Shown piece after piece: positions 1 through 13,753 of a stretch of DNA of 64,000 bases (position 1 is the stretch's first letter; each line of letters begins with the position of its first letter). The stretch comes from Epiperipatus broadwayi. Taxonomy: Eukaryota; Animalia; Onychophora. Location: the NCBI GenBank assembly GCA_028023455.1, contig JAQFVV010000001.1, positions 35,216,001 through 35,280,000 on the forward strand. Direction: 5' to 3'. The position numbers and the translations under genes are program-made. The notes beneath the pieces are model-generated. The model made no database searches, had not been told where the DNA came from, and saw only the letters and a list, made by a program, of their open reading frames with translations.

Positions 1-1570
1 AATTGAAATTTGTTTTTCTTATTTTTAGATTGAGTCAACAAAGATAAAATTGACTTGCTGAACATTTCGATATTTGTAAGATCTAAAATAAAATATTTAT
101 ATATTGGATGATTTTTTAAAAAAAATTAAAATACTGTAATAAAAAAAGAATCATATTCAAAGCGCAATCCCAATTATGTCAAACATTCTACCACACCAAT
201 GGTGAGCAAGTGTTCGGTCATCACTATTATATACAGCCAAATTGTAATAGTATTGGAATCTATTTTTAGTTGTTTCAGGCAGGACCTTCTGGTATCCCTT
301 TATATTTATCCAAAACTAAGATGAATCATCAATTAAATCAGCTCGTTACAAAAAAATAGAAGAAAGAATTAATAGTTTTTCATCATTCAAACTCTATGAA
401 GTGACTAGAACTAAGATATTCAATGCAATAGCAGTAGGGGTCCTTGGCTATTATTGGCCATGGTTAAAACTTTACAACAAAACCATTCTAAAAATTATAC
501 AGATGGTGAAAAAATTTATATGGGGAAAGAAATCTAGCCTCCTCTCTACTTCAGTATTACAGCTACTAATAGATAAAGGTGGGCTTAATCTAATTGATCC
601 AAAGGCCTATGTTAAGTTTATTACTGCCAAAGCTTATTTGAATGCAGTGAAGGATCAGTCCTTTAGTCCCCTTAGTGGTGAAATAAGAATTTATAATGAA
701 ATGGGGGCTGAGAGAAGATTGTATTTTGTCACCATGTTTATAGCATACAAAGACTTACAGGATAAACTTAATGTGCAAAGCCTTGATGGCATAAAATATA
801 ATGATATAACAAAAAGAGTTTACCACAATAAAAATTTTGGGTTAGGGTATTTAATGAAAAATGTTCTAAAAAAATTTCAATGGATATATACACCACAGAC
901 ATCCATGAAATTCATTTTTAAGTTGATAAATAGAATTTTGCCTATTACTTCTTATATTAATAAAAGGCTGGGAATGGGTTTAGATGAAGCATGCACTTTT
1001 TGTAAAAAAAACAGTGAAACATTCCTGCACTTGCTAGAGGAATGCTGTGCATTTTGGGAATTGAGATTGAAGCTCTTTCACATGCCAATAATAAATCTCA
1101 AATATCTGTTAAAAAAATATGTGATATGTTTCGATCCACATAATGCAATGGTAATTATTCATACTTTGAAAACTATGTGGGCAATAAGATGCACATTAGT
1201 ATTTGATAATAAAAAAAATTTAATTGGCTGAGAAAGCTAATAGAGATTGGGATGATTACTTTAACATGTGCTTAAAATATTGACCCCAAAATACTATAGA
1301 ATGGGTATGGGGAGAAACTGCTCCATCTGCATGTGAAATTTGGAAGTAAATCATCTTTTGCAGTCTATGAATCAATGGGTAAAGGAAAGAAAGACAATAT
1401 AAAAATCAGTGTTTAAGTTAATACTCAGGAAGTATCAGGTAAAGAGAACAATGCTTTGAATATTATGAAACTTTGAAGAAATTATGTAAATTGAATTATA
1501 CATATCTCTTGTAACTATGTAAATATCCTTTGTGTGCTTTTAATAAAGAATATTACTTAAAATAAAAAAT
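1..1570 (+). mobile_element. L1/Tx1-like non-LTR retrotransposon, 3' part (runs off the window start)
   Basis: Post-RT motifs GIPL...KIEERINSF (about 280-400, frameshifted), FIWGKK...LIDKGGLNLID, C-terminal CTFC...ETFLHLLEEC zinc knuckle; AATAAA near 1542 followed by an A-rich tail. Confidence 0.85.
401..1231 (+). pseudogene. LINE ORF2 C-terminal region (RT thumb to CCHC zinc finger), 276-aa open remnant
   Basis: ORF track translation contains FIWG, GGLNLID and NRILP...C-x2-C-x8-H-x4-C; the upstream part is frameshifted near 358. Confidence 0.8.
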
Positions 1571-3755
1571 ATTATTAAACGGAAATCTCCATAATCTTAT
1601 CCCTGTTCCCACTGCCTATACAGATCATTTTTATTTATTAATTCTTATCAAAATTATTACTTTGAATTTAACTTTATGTGTTTAGACATAAAATCAAATG
1701 AATGAATACTTCAAATATTAGAATCTTTGGAGTGTACAGAAGCTGCTGAGCAATGCACAAATTTTCAAAATTGCTGCACAATTGTGATCTGCATAGAGTA
1801 GAAGGAACATTGGTCATAATATTGAACATAAAAGTTTAGATATCAATTTATCTGACTTGGACTTTAGCTTATTAGAAAAATAGATTTTTTTAGACTGAAG
1901 AAATCTGGATTTGTAAAATTTAATAGCCACATGATCTCTAAAGTCATTAAAATTATGTTGAATTCCACTTGGCCAAAACCTAGTCTAGTTTAGTGTGATT
2001 GGAGATTTACTAAAGTGACTTTTTTGAGGGAGGGGCACATCATAAGAAACAGAGGACCCAAGCTTCACTAAGTGCTAGGAATATACTAACTAACTGATTA
2101 CGCTTTATCAAAATATTTAATTTTAATTTAACATAGTACTAAAAACAGTCTCAAAATTTAAAAAATAAATATTTTACATTTATGTTTACCAGGAATACAT
2201 AAATTATATATTTCCAACAGTTAGTTATACTTATCTCAGTACATCTTTCACTTTAACTCATTCATATCACAAACATGCAATAACTCAGAAGTCATATCAA
2301 CCTCTCTTATACACTTGATGAATTTTTTTAAATGCCCACTTCATTTTTTTTCCAAGTGAATAAGACATATATAACTCATATTGTAGTTTTTAAAGTACAT
2401 ATACACTAACTGTTATTTTTATTTATTTATTTTTAAATTTTTCAGATATACTTATCTTCATATATTATATACTTCAATGTCTAATTTATTACATTATACT
2501 GAAACATATGACAAAGACATGTGAAGAAAATAAATGATTCCCAAGATGTGCATTTTGTACAGACTCAACATTTATGAGTTGGCCCAGATCACAATCACTT
2601 ACATATATCTTCATCATTTGATCAGTTTATATAGAGAGAGCAAATTACTATAGTTTAAATGATAAAGTTCAATTTTTTGCACTCCCAACTTTGACACCAA
2701 CTGCTTTATGTAAATATATTAATAAATTTTATTGTATGTCTATGTATTGTAATTAAGTATGATAAATTAATATTTAAATAACGACAAACTATAAGTAAAT
2801 AACAATTACATATAAAGAATGCTAAAAATTAATAAAAGATAAAATATAAAGTAAAAATAATCACTTTACTTTCATAATCTCTAATCAATTTATTTATCAT
2901 CATTATTTTTATTTTAACAATATATAAATTATAATAAATAATAAAAATGTCATATACAAACAGCTATATATATATTATTAACATAAAAAGTTTTTTTTGT
3001 CACATAGTTTTACGTTCTTTTCAAATGTTAAGAATCTATTATAACGGTTAACCAATTATTGCAGAAAATAACAACAATAATGAAATAAAACATGAATAAA
3101 CAGACAAAAATTATGATACAGAGATTCAATAAAATTTTAAAAAATTGACTATATAACATAATAATGTACAGAATTAATAAAACATACCACATACAACTTT
3201 ATATATATATATATTACTTTATGAAAAGAGCACAAAACTATGTGATGAAAAGGGCTTTTTATGTATAATTACTATTAATATATTGTATCTATGTGCTGCT
3301 ACATTGTATATTAAAAGTGAATATTAAATATTGAAGCTAATAATTAACATCTTCATTATTAATACCCTCAGTAAACAAAAGGTTAAACTATAAAATGTTA
3401 ATTAATAGCAAAAGTCATATATTAAAAATGAATATTGTTTTCTTTATTTTGTAATCCTCTGTCAATAAAGGATTACACAATATAACATTATGTAATAGCA
3501 AATTAATTCTAAAACACCACTAAATAAAGTGTTATTCTATTGCTGTGCATGTAGGTTCATTTACATTTTTTCTATACAAAAAATAAAGAAAAAAAGTTTC
3601 AATAACTGACAATAAAAATCAGTTTGGAAAAAGAGAGAAAAAGGAAAAAATAGTTTTATTAAAGTTGATCAAATAAAAGTTTAACTATTTCAAAATGAAT
3701 AAGTTTATAGTACTATATATATAATCCGATGTCTGTATTTTTAAAGCAATATACA

Positions 3756-4638
3756 TAATTATATAACTGAATATTTGTAAATACTGTAAGTAAATAATTA
3801 AAAATTTAATCCACTTAAGAGCGCTTTTGATTATCCCAGTAATCTTTGTCAACTAAAGCTTTGAAATGGTAACTTTTCCACAATTCTGTGATCTTAACGT
3901 TTGCTGCTTGCCTGTTAATTAAGTAATGTTTATATTTGTATATTAGCATAACTTCCTTTATTTTTCTTTTATTGTTATTTTTTTAATTTGCAATATTTTT
4001 ACATAGTTAAAATTGAAGTCAACACCATAAATACATGATTTATTATGGTCATAAAAAACAGATGCTGAAATATTATTATCTATTATGCAATTTTGTTTCG
4101 ATTTCTGAACTCGTTTTAATAATAGCAAGTGTTCTTTAGTTCTTTTTTCCAATGTACATCTAGATTCACCTATATATCCACTGCCACACCTACATATCCA
4201 TTTATAAATGACTCAATGTAGGTGTGGCAATGGATATATAGGTGAATCTAGATGTACATTGGAAAAAAGCACTAAAGAACATTTGCTATTATTAAAATGA
4301 ATTCAGAAATTGAATCAAAATTGCATAGTAGATAATATTTTAGCATTTGTTTTTTACGATCATGTATTTATGGTGTTGACTTCAATTTTAACAGTGTAAA
4401 AATATTGCAAATTGAAAAAAATAACAATAAAAGAAAAATAAAGGAAGCTATGCTAATATACAAATATAAACATGACTTAATTAACAGGCAAGAAGCAAAC
4501 ATTAAGATCACAGAATTGTGGGAAAGTTAGCATTTCAAAGCTTTATTGACAAAAATTACTGGGATAATCGAAAGCGCTCCTAAGTGGATAAAATTTTTAA
4601 TTATTTACTTACTGTATTTACAAATATTCAGTTATATA

Positions 4639-4642
<4 letters not shown>
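3756..4642. repeat. 887-bp foldback palindrome (arms about 440 and 427 bp), possibly a MITE/foldback element
   Basis: 3756 TAATTATATAACTGAATATTTG matches the reverse complement of the sequence ending at 4642; arms pair inward to GCCACACCTACAT (ends 4195) / ATGTAGGTGTGGC (starts 4216); roughly 90% identity with small indels. Confidence 0.95.

Positions 4643-4695
<53 letters not shown>
4642..4695. repeat. Compound (CA)n(TA)n microsatellite
   Basis: Directly visible, abutting the right arm of the palindrome. Confidence 0.95.
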
Positions 4696-4849
4696 GCTTG
4701 GCACACAGATAATGAAGTTAGTAAAAGCAAATAATACTTTGCATTTTAATGAGCTGAGCCCTTTTAGAAGGCTTTATGCTCCCATAATCATAGCTAATAA
4801 AGTGTGGAGAACTATGCAAATGCAATATGCAAATATAGGCAATTTAATG

Positions 4850-5250
4850 TGAAGTGATGAAAGAAAAATATGCATCTCATCTATTGATTGATGTTGGATC
4901 ACTTGCTATATAACATGCTTCTTTTACCTTACATTTGGTGTTGTTCCTTTCAGAACAAACAACAATTGCTGTAATTGGTTGGAAATCATGGTCAATGGCC
5001 CTTTCATGTTTGGTGAAAATTGAATTACCTTCTAGTTTAGTTATAATCTTATTATAAAAGTATTTGTGCTGTTCTATTCTGATTGAAACAACTAAATATC
5101 ACATGATCACCATTACTGTATGGAGAGATTTACTGTTTCTATTCTTATTGCAATGTTAATTCTGGTTTCTCTATAATATTATGCTTGGCAGTTATTCTGG
5201 GGGCATGTGATTTTATAAATGACTTGAGATGTTAGTTCAGATGTGATTCT
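4850..5250 (-). mobile_element. Possible Ty3/Gypsy integrase C-terminal remnant
   Basis: Minus-strand fragments YSNGDHVI (F..GD.V-like) and FSPNMKGPLTM (KL.P.W.GPY-like) occur in the expected order; many stops. Confidence 0.35.
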
Positions 5251-6972
5251 ATCTTTGGTATTGTTGATGAGTCTATTGGTATTGGGTGGTGAATGAAAAG
5301 TAACTTCAAAGTCATGAGAGAATTTGTTGAGAAGATGTTTAACTATTGAGTGAATGTATGAAATGAGAATGTGTAGTTTGCTTTTTTTCTTGTGATTGTG
5401 GTTTATTTTATAGAAAAAAATATTAACTCTCCTGTTGATGAAGTAAATATTTAATTAAGTACTAAAAAGGGAAATAATAATAATGTTTTATTATTTTCTC
5501 TGTCTCTCTATTTCCAATTGTGATGAATCATCATATTTTTTTTTTTTACATTTTTATCAAAAAACAGATTTTAATAATAATTCTAAGGGGATTTTTTTGG
5601 TTAATTAACCTTCTTATAGATAAACACATTATGAAACTTGGATAAAAGTAATTAAGTCTGATAACATACAAAAACACTGTCATAAGCTCAGAAGTCAGTC
5701 CAATTTATAGTTTGAAAAGAATATGAGTATGGACTTTCAGATTTTATTGTGAAAACCAGCAGAACATATATATACACAAGAAATTGAAAAGAAAAGGGTG
5801 TGCGATATAAATCAAATATGCAATGGTTTTGTATGAATATACTATAAATATTAAATGCATGGCTTGCTGAAAAATTTAAGCAGTTAAGCAGTTTATCCTT
5901 CAACTGCACAGGATTTCATGGAAGAAGATGAAATGTTTAGTTGAATAGCCTAGCATGGAAAAAATACTTAATTACTCTTGTTCTATCTCTATCATATATA
6001 AATAGTTAAACATACATTATTTAGAGAAAGAAAATGATTGTTGGAAAATGATCAGCTAATCAGGAATTGATTATTGAAGAAATGCCATGACCATTTAATT
6101 AAACATTGCAGAATTCACATTTCTTCTAAAAGAAAAGAAAAACAGCTTGGATAAATTTGTGTGATTATAAATGTATAACTCATTTTAAACCGTGAAAGTC
6201 AATATTCCACGAAATAAAACAAAATAAAAGTCTTCACAAAAGTGTTATAAATGGACAAAGTGTTATTTTTCTTATTTGAATAATTTTTTTTTTTTTGACA
6301 AAGGACTAGATTCAAATGCAAAACAATCTAAATATAAAACAAATTAAGATAAACTATTTAGTTTTCACTATATTTATAAATGTGTATAAATATAAGGTAC
6401 TTTTTTTTCTTTCTCTAAATTGTTAATTATCAACTATACTAATTTATTTCTAAATGATTGTATATGTATTTACTTTATAATTAGATGTGTGTGCATTATA
6501 TATTCATTTTTTAAATATGATAGTTGTAATGCTAATGGTGTGAGAAGATGTAAATGCCACTCACATGTTGATATTTGAATAAATTGTTATTGTTATAACT
6601 GTTGTGCCTTTTTCATTTTTCATTTGTGCATTTCATCAAGTTAGTTAAATAGCGCAACTATACCAGTCAGTTTTAAAAATTTAAAAGCTATTATCTGGAG
6701 CAGACATGATCTCTTCAAAGAGTATAGGTTTAAATCTAGTTGCAAGTAGTACTGTTCTGGTATTAAGACTTGTCAGAACTAATAAATATTATAGTATACT
6801 TAGGTAATATGAGTTTATACCCATATTATAAGCAGGAATTATTACTGTGTGGAGTTAACATTCTCAGCAATAGGATGTAAGCTGATAATGTCTCTCAGTA
6901 TGGTCATCATAGTTAATGATTGAGCTAATAAGTCAATTACAGTCATGACCAAGGGTTGCCTGATCATAATAT

Positions 6973-7007
<35 letters not shown>

Positions 7008-7221
7008 CAATGTCAATAAGTTGTTGAAAGGGTTGTGATCCATTGGCAACCTTCTTTTGGGTTGAGTATCCATATATGATGCTCAAGTTCATTAGTGTTA
7101 TAATACATATATGGATTTAAAAAGCTGTTGTATATGATATTTTATTGTTTATTATAATTTATATATATAAAAAACCAGCATAATGGACTTTTTTAATTTT
7201 AATCTTTATTGGTTTAAATTA

Positions 7222-7260
7222 ATAATAATAATAATAGTAGTAGTAGTAATAGTAGTAGTG

Positions 7261-7301
<41 letters not shown>

Positions 7302-7364
7302 TGTAGTAGTAGTAGTAGTAGTAGTAGTAATAGTAGTAGTAATAGTAGTAGTAGTAGCAGTAGC

Positions 7365-7397
<33 letters not shown>

Positions 7398-7398
7398 T
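7222..7398. repeat. (TAA)n/(TAG)n trinucleotide repeat, about 175 bp
   Basis: Directly visible; explains the poly-Val and poly-Tyr ORFs. Confidence 0.97.
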
Positions 7399-10300
7399 CA
7401 AAATCAAAGATATATTCCTTAAAATAGAATCATACTAACTTTGCAATTAAGAAAAAAATATTAATATTCTCCTGATATTAAGCTAAATCTAAATATATAT
7501 TTTCTAAACTACCCTCCTTTCTTTTGAAGTACCAAATGTAGTCTTCTTAAACTGATCGCTTTTATGCTATAGGGGATCCTCAATTATGGCCAAAATAATT
7601 GATATATTCTTCTATATCATGCTTATTTTTCATAATCTAATGAGAGGTTTTGTCACTAAATTATAATAACTTGAATAAATATGGTCATACAATAAATTCT
7701 CATAAATGATAAAAGGATACTTTTTGTTTATGTATATAAATACTTACATATAATATATAAAATATTAATAAAATAAACTACTTCTCGAACATATCTTATT
7801 ATTTACCAAAATAAACAAATAAATATTAATAATGACAATAATATCAACATGTTTATATATATATATATATACAAATCGTCCTCATGAAAACAAACATTTA
7901 TGAAAATTATTGTAAAGCATTCATGTATCATGTATATGCTATATAAATATTAAATATATATATATAACAAAAAAAAATACCTGATGTATTGGTGGTTTGT
8001 CATGATAACTAAAAAAAAAACATGTACATTTTAAAATGTAATTATTTTGATTGACTTTTTTTAGGTATATGTTTCTTCTTGTTTTTAAATTGAGAGTTAT
8101 TGTAAGAGTTTCGGTTAATCTTGCTTGAGTCCAATTAACATGGCCAATAATTTCTTGTTGACATGCTTATATATTATAAATAACTAAGTTGACATTTCTT
8201 AAAGCATCATTTCTGCTTATCAAACTAAGATGAACTAAACAAAGGAGCAAAGTTATTTTAGATGTTTTTACCATTAGAATTCTCATCTCAATCTTCAGGA
8301 CAGGTGTTGTGATTCGTTTTTAAAATAATTTCTTCCTCCTTACATGCTTGTTGATATTTTTCTCTCCTTCAGATAGTAATTAGTTGGAGAAAAATACAGC
8401 AAGAGGAATTAAATTCCTCAGCTAGCAAATTTTCTCTATCCAATCATTTTGTAATATTATTTAATCCAGATAAAGTTCCATTAATTAAAATTTAGACAGA
8501 AGAAAAAAATAAAAAAATAGTGACAACAAAGTTTGTTATGACCTATTTCCACCCAAAATAATTGTCAATAATTATAAAAATTATAAGCATGATCTCATGC
8601 TTTTTTGTTACATCATTAGTTACTATGGCAGTTTAGCATAACATTTTTATGAGACAATAACTATCTAAAACCTATTGCTAATATAACTATTAATTTTTTT
8701 AAAACTTTTTTAAAAATATTTTACAATTGTTTTAAAAAAATAAATAAATGACTAAATACTATAAATATCTAAAATAGATCTAAACATTTCAGGACACGTA
8801 CAATAAATAAATACATATTTGTAAATCATAAATATTTTTTTAACAAACAAATTATATTTTTATACATTTCTATATATTATAACCATTAATATTTTCCAAA
8901 ATGATTTTCATATAGTTTCTTTATTTATCCTGTATATATCATTATTATTGTCAAATCTACAATCATAAACAAATATATACCACAAAAGTGGAAAAAATAA
9001 GAAAAATAATAACAGCAACACAAGAAACAAAAATACAATAAAATTGAATGAAGATAATAAACAAAGAGAAAAAAATTGCAACATTTTTTACCACAATCTT
9101 GAAAAATATTAGAGGATATATATTAAATAATCAATTCTATGAAGGAAAATATATACACCAAACTAATAAAGATATCCATCATTTTTACTAATATATAATT
9201 CAAACATTTTACATAATTAAAAAAAATCTCTGCTTTCTTTCACTTCTTTATATATATATATAATCAACTGCAAAGATGGATCCTCCCAATCTTTACAATA
9301 TATATTTATATTTATTCATTAAATTTTTTTTACAATTTTTCACTGAGCAACTTGCTGTTATTTTTTAAGATAAATTTTAATAGCAAATATTTTGTCTCTC
9401 TTTTTTTGTGCTCTTTCATTCTGGTTTATATATTTTTTTCTACTGAATTTAAAAGCAATAATATTGAGTTATAAAAACTGAGACTGTGTTACTATTACTT
9501 TAATAACTGTTTATATAGTCATAATTATTGTAGTTAATCTTTCTGTTTTTTATTAGACATACTTATACAATATATATAATATTATTCTTCAATTCTGATT
9601 TTTAATATTTAACATAAAATGTTAATTGGTACCACAGTTTTTTAAATCCACTATAATTTTAATACAGCAATTATAATAATAAGAGCTTTCAATTTTTAAA
9701 AAAATATAATCAATAGATATTTAAATGACAAGGTGATATTTCTGAGCACAACAGATCATTTAATTGATCAAACTGGGATTTTTTTATTTTTCCTCTATTG
9801 GAAATCAATTCAGAAATGTTCAACTTTTGTCACTGCATTTATTTTACTTATTGCAACAATAATAATATTCATAATTTATTTGTCTATAAAATCAAAGCAT
9901 TTTGTGAGATTAATTTTAGACTTAAAAATAATTATGCTTTTATATTTAAAAAGAAAAGATTTTCATCAAAATGCCATGCCACTTTTGTCTTATGAATGAA
10001 GAACCTGGACTTTGCGCTTTAAAATAAAACAAAGTTTATAAATATATGAATATGGGAGATAAAAAAAAAGTGAATGGTTTGAATGAAATTGGAATTTTCC
10101 AAATTATTATAAAATATAAATATTTAAATGAAAGTAGATTAGGAGCATAACAAATGGAAAAAATGATTTAATGGTTTCAAGTGGATTCCAAGAAAGAAAT
10201 TACAAGGAAAAAAACAATTTAACATAGTATGATCATGGAGGACTCTGAATGTCCACAGAAGAGACAAGTTTGTGTCAGATATTGTATTGGTACATCTTTG

Positions 10301-10645
10301 TTTGGCAGTGTTTGTCATTGGCTGTTAACTATGATTATTATTTATGTCAGTAAACATGAATAGATTAGACTAGGGCTATTCAAAGTTATTGATATAAAAG
10401 GTTCCTGAAATATTTAGAAATATTCACGACCTCCAAAAGAAAAAATTCTTAATAGAGGCTTATGCTGTTATTATACAATTTTATTAAAATTATATTTAGT
10501 TTATTAAAATAATTTTCTTATTTATATTTTCATTATAATACAAAATACTTAAAGAATTCAAATATTACAAAAATTATAAAATATGAAACACAAAAGCCAT
10601 TCATAATAAAATTGAATAATACAACAAAGAGATTTTAACAACAAT

Positions 10646-12334
10646 TTATTCTGTTGAATGAGTTTGAACATTGCTACACAAAAAATCAACATCAGAAGAT
10701 TTGACACAGCATTTCCAATTCCCTTGAATACACTTATTTTTAAGTAATAATAGCAATGAAAGTGCAGTGTCACAAAAGTATGTGGATGCTAATGGAATCA
10801 GAATACTCAAGGCTGTGATCAGCAATGAAGAAATTCTTTATATCACAGCATCCAAAATTCAAACAAATTCTTACTACACAATTTCAGTTCATGAACGGAA
10901 TCTTCTCTCAAATAAATTAGTTGTTTGAGGGGAAGATTCCATGGGAGATTGTTAAACTGAAGAGATGGAGTAAATGGCATTTTTATCCAATTATATTCTT
11001 TATTTCATTTAAGTTAGGGAAAGCATTTTTCAAAAAAGTCATTAAATTTGTGATTTAATTATTGTTTCTTTACTTTCTGCTGATAACAAAATGTTATTTT
11101 CTTCAAGAAATTCATGAAGAGATGCAAACATTTCTGCATTATTATCCCTAAAAGTTTTTAACCATACAGAAAGTTTATTTTAAAATGCTTCAATTTTGTA
11201 TTTAGAATTTATATATTGATATTTTTTCCTTGCAGAGAAAGATTCAATTTATTTACCTTTTTTTAAAAAAAAAAACATTAAGGAAAGAAATCAAACATAT
11301 TCAGTTTTGATCAGAAAAATGAGATGCTAATGTGAAATTTTTATGAGAAGAAATTTTTTTATTTCATCTGTTAATAGAACTTTACCATAGAAAAGCCATC
11401 TTACTTGTGTGATATAAAATAGATTCATAATTGGAATCTATCTCTTGGCACACAATTCAAAAAAGTTTTGTATTAATGGTGTTACTTTTTATGTTAATAA
11501 TTGTTGTCTAATTATACTTTACTAAACAATTCTTCCATATGTCAAAATAGTACATTTTCTCTGTGGATAATGCAATGAACATGTTTTGCATTTGGACAAA
11601 TGATTTTCAATTCTCCTACCAATCCTGAAATTTTGGTATTCATGTCTGATGTTTTATCGGTACAAACTTCAATGCATTTTTGCCATTTAAGCTCAATTTC
11701 TATAAAAAAAAAAAATTAACTTTTTCAAATATATCTCTTTCTTTATTTGCACCAGAGAGATTTTTACAAACTAGTAAATCCTTGTGAATTTTCACATTAT
11801 ACAGGTATTTGACTGTAACCATTAAATTAGCATTTGTATTGTCAATTAACTCATCAAGTTGTATAGCTTTGCTTGATTCATGATAATAGCATAGACATAA
11901 TATTATCAACAGTGCTATCTATTTTTTTAAAAATTATGTTATTAGATACAGAATTTTTTTTTTAAAGAGTTTGATATTTTGGAATCATAGATAGTTTCAT
12001 CATTTTTTTTTTCAAAACATTCATTTGTCTTACTCTTAAATTCACTATACCCAATAAATAAATATCAACTACATTTTCTATGTCTCATATAATAATTTGA
12101 CAACTTTTTTCATGAGATTATACACATACTTTTGTATGAATCATTATATGAAAGCAAAAATCTGTATTTTAGGTAAGAATGATCATATTTATGAATTTTT
12201 TTGCATAACATTTTCTGATGGTTCTGGTAAAATATGAGACACTGTTGCTTGTGATGTGGATTCTTTGGTATTTTCATTGTCTTTGACTGCCTGACTTCTA
12301 TAAATACATTGATTGTGTTGTTACTAGCTACCAT
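10646..12334 (-). pseudogene. hAT (Buster/Charlie, ZBED5-like) transposase pseudogene
   Basis: In order on -: KYDHSYLKY..C (BED-like N-terminus), AIQLDELIDN..LMVTVKY, KWQKCIEVCTD...HCIIHRE, LYHT-VRWL..GKVL, WIKMPF, FWML...ILIPLASTYFCDT, ending VDFLCSNVQTHSTE* at 10646; multiple stops and frameshifts. Confidence 0.92.
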
Positions 12335-12427
12335 ATCATATCATATTCATATCAGGATTAAATTTTCACTGAAAAATTATCAAATGTATTAGTGTTTTCC
12401 TGAAGGTTTGTGATGATGGTGTTCTAG

Positions 12428-12535
12428 TTGTATTTTTATATTGGGCTATTTCCATCAAATACATTCAACTATTAGTAATCTAATGGTTGAATGTTGAATA
12501 TTAGATGACGGAAATAGTCCAATATAAAAATACAA
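12428..12535. repeat. About 110-bp imperfect hairpin in the hAT 5' region
   Basis: TTGTATTTTTATATTGGGCTATTTCC pairs with GGAAATAGTCCAATATAAAAATACAA; inner CATTCAACTATTAG/CTAATGGTTGAATG around a TAAT loop. Confidence 0.8.
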
Positions 12536-13684
12536 TCAAATGTGCTAGTATCAGTGATTCTCATCACAAAGACAAAGCTAGTAAATTGTGCAAATAAGGA
12601 TATTTTCCCCAGGGTTTAGCTGATATATATGAATGGTAATATAAATAGAGTGATTATTAAATCGTCTCATTACACAACGTAATGTGTAAATTTTGATATT
12701 AAAATTTAAAAAGATATATTTATAAAAATAAATCTAATTATCCACTTCTAATTTAAGAATTTGAAATTTATTTTCACGGCTTCCATTGTCAATATCTACC
12801 TTAGGAGTATGGCTCCAGTTTGAGAAGCTTTGAATTAGGCTAGATTATATTCAAAGTGTGATAACTAGTATATTATATATATATATAGAATGAGGAAAAT
12901 GTTAACAAGAATGTAAACTAATTTAATAACATTACTTAAAACATTTAAAGTGACAGTGAACTCGATTACTGAATACTTTTCTGCAAGAAAAATTTAAATT
13001 AAATATCGTAAGTATTCAAAGAAGCTACATAAAATTCTATTATTATTTTCTTTATTTTTTAAGCACATGATTAAATTTTTATTTTTAACATCATAAAAAT
13101 AATCTTATTAATAATATTTTAAATTATAAATTATATACTTCTAAATGATTTATTTGTATAGAAACAAAATTAATTTTAATCTCAAACATCCGGAGAAATT
13201 TAAATATTATTGTATTATAAAATAAATTGATTAACTTTCTTTCTTTACGTAAAAATGGTTGATTGCTTTATAGTATTTTGTGATAACATGCTATAGCCTT
13301 GCTGCTTTCTAAGCATATATATATATATATATATGATTGTTTTGTTATAGAAATATATATATATTATTTTCAAGTTATTTATAACAATACGTTATGCATC
13401 TAATAAATAATATAATTTACTATTAATAGAGATTTCTAAATTATATTTTCTGTAATCTCATGAGGTAATATAATGCCCCTGCCTACGGGAGAAAAGGATT
13501 TCAATAATTGATTGATGTTGGTAATGTAATTTATAATTCACTAGATTGATTAATAGATTAGCCTTTAATCAATTATATTACCATTAGAGAAAATACAAAA
13601 ATCAACAAATGTCAAGATTTTTGATTGCTGGTTTAGCATGAAGTTCGTATATTGGTGATTATTTATCTTTTCAACATGTGTATG

Positions 13685-13753
13685 ATCAGGTGGGTCAGCA
13701 GTATGAGATAGTATGGAGAGTTGAGAGTCATGTGAAAGTCTGAGTTTGAATCC
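13685..13753 (+). mobile_element. Degenerate tRNA-derived SINE head (candidate)
   Basis: A-box-like TGGGTCAGCAGTATGAG (13691) and B-box-like GAGTTTGAATCC (13742) at tRNA-like spacing; no cloverleaf. Confidence 0.3.

Larger units (their letters stand above)
10371..12832 (-). mobile_element. Full-length decayed hAT DNA transposon, Charlie/Buster-like (about 2.46 kb)
   Basis: Ends TAGGGCTATTCAAAGT (10371, +) and CAAAGCTTCTCAAACT (12832, -) resemble Charlie-type TIRs (10/16 mutual match); flanks GATTAGAC (10363-10370) and AATTAGGC (12833-12840) form a 6/8 TSD with central TA; transposase inside. Confidence 0.85.

Noticed and set aside
7183-7422. Poly-Val (+) and poly-Tyr (-) ORFs
   Set aside because: Translations of the (TAG)n microsatellite.
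8050-8480. Coding-like minus-strand stretch (…GHVNWTQARLTETL…)
   Set aside because: Multiple stops, no splice frame and no family recognised.
12833-12850. Alternative hAT right end at 12842 with TSD GATTATAT
   Set aside because: The 12832 end gives a more Charlie-like TIR (C..GCTTCTCAAACT) and a TSD differing only by transitions; the alternative is not fully excluded.
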